A stretch of DNA of 64,000 nt from Marsupella aquatica (taxonomy: Eukaryota; Plantae; Marchantiophyta), in contig OZ316893.1 in NCBI GenBank assembly GCA_973895155.1, positions 4,910,071 through 4,974,070 of the forward strand. Direction: 5' to 3'. The notes under the pieces were generated by a model. The model did no database searches. It had not been told where the DNA came from and was given only the letters and a program-made list of their open reading frames with translations. Positions 62,976-64,000 of this stretch are shown one piece after another. Each line of letters opens with the position of its first letter. Within the stretch, counting starts at the first letter, position 1. Position numbers and translations under genes: made by a program.

Positions 62976-64000
62976 TGGCAAGGAAAGTGTTTTGGGAGCA
63001 TTAAGGGCAATAATAGTCCCTCAATAAGGTCCTGTGGCGCATTAAGGGAAATAATAGTCACTCAGAAGTCAGAACTCAAACGTTTTTGGGACACTATATC
63101 CCATAATGCCTTCCAAACAGGCCTTCACTGCATACTTAAAGGCCTAAGAGATTTTTTTCCTTACTTTTGTAAAAGTTGTGGAGAATATTCCTAAAGAGAT
63201 ATCCAGATTTTCCAGGGGCTATGCCCTGAAAGATACAAACTGAAAAATAGCAAAGTGCATTTTTACGGAATGGCATCATGTGAATAAAGTGCGTTTTAGC
63301 GTTTAAAGCAACAAGGAAACTGCTCAGGCCCAAACTACCTCCAAAAGTGAAAAGTACTTCCACAAATTCTCCTAATCCCAGTCCTTTGTTCTTTTTGGTG
63401 CAAATTGACTTCTGACTTTTCGGAGCATCCTTCTTTGATTTCTGGTTGGGATAGAAAATTCTATATCATTAAAAACAAATCCTGGTACGATATGCTGCTG
63501 TCAGCCTCGCGCCTCCCGCTGGTGCAAAATCCTTTTTCATTCATCCATTTTGGGCAGATTTTCTCGGCAGCTTTGCCGGGTAGCTGGAATGATAATTTGG
63601 AGGCCAACCCCCCCCCCCCCCTTTTTTTTTAAAAATTCCATGGGAAGTTTTGAAGATAAATTTAAAGCATGCTGAGGTGACTAAGTGTGTACTCAGGAGC
63701 ACTCCTTAGGGTTTAGTGTATAGGCTTGCCAGCCCCTCGCTAGACACAGCCCCTCGCAAGACACTGTAGGCCTGGCTTGCCCGTGTCCCCCCACAGAAAT
63801 GTACCAGATTGCCACGGGTCTCCTCCTCACATTCATGTGTGTCTGGCTGTGGTGCCTGGTAATTGCACATCGCAAGCCATAAGTATAAACAACAACACAA
63901 TGATATTAAGAAATGCTTTGGCTTATCATGGTGTGGAAACCACATTCAACCTGTTTTCAACGCTTGCCAGGTAGCACTATACACTACATGCGGCTGGTAT

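Noticed and set aside
63715-63986. Inverted pair tagtgtatag / ctatacacta as MITE ends
   Set aside because: Only about 10 bp with no TSD; insufficient.

Overview
Eukaryotic, intron-containing plant DNA, most likely from a non-seed land plant such as a liverwort or moss (inference from gene content). Host genes: a canonical-type CDC25 phosphatase (minus strand, catalytic exons 860-2720, HCEFSSAR active site), a two-exon small basic probably mitochondrial protein (21110-22029), an intronless broken UDP-xylose synthase retrocopy (about 23895-24683) and a six-exon class II KNOX homeobox gene (26458-31930, minus). The region upstream of KNOX is a tandem array carrying repeated TGA(T/C)TGACAG TALE-type sites. 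The right third is a nest of transposons. A 20.8 kb Mutator (MULE) element with about 280 bp TIRs (39638-60453) has its SWIM transposase split by an 11.4 kb element (46327-57730) with 15 bp TIRs and an exact 8 bp TSD. That inner element encodes a P-superfamily-like DDE transposase plus an EDM2-like PHD-finger cargo. Its transposase is itself interrupted by a solo LTR and by a MITE of its own family, and a third family member lies at 12842-13125. All protein-family assignments come from recalled motifs, not from database searches.
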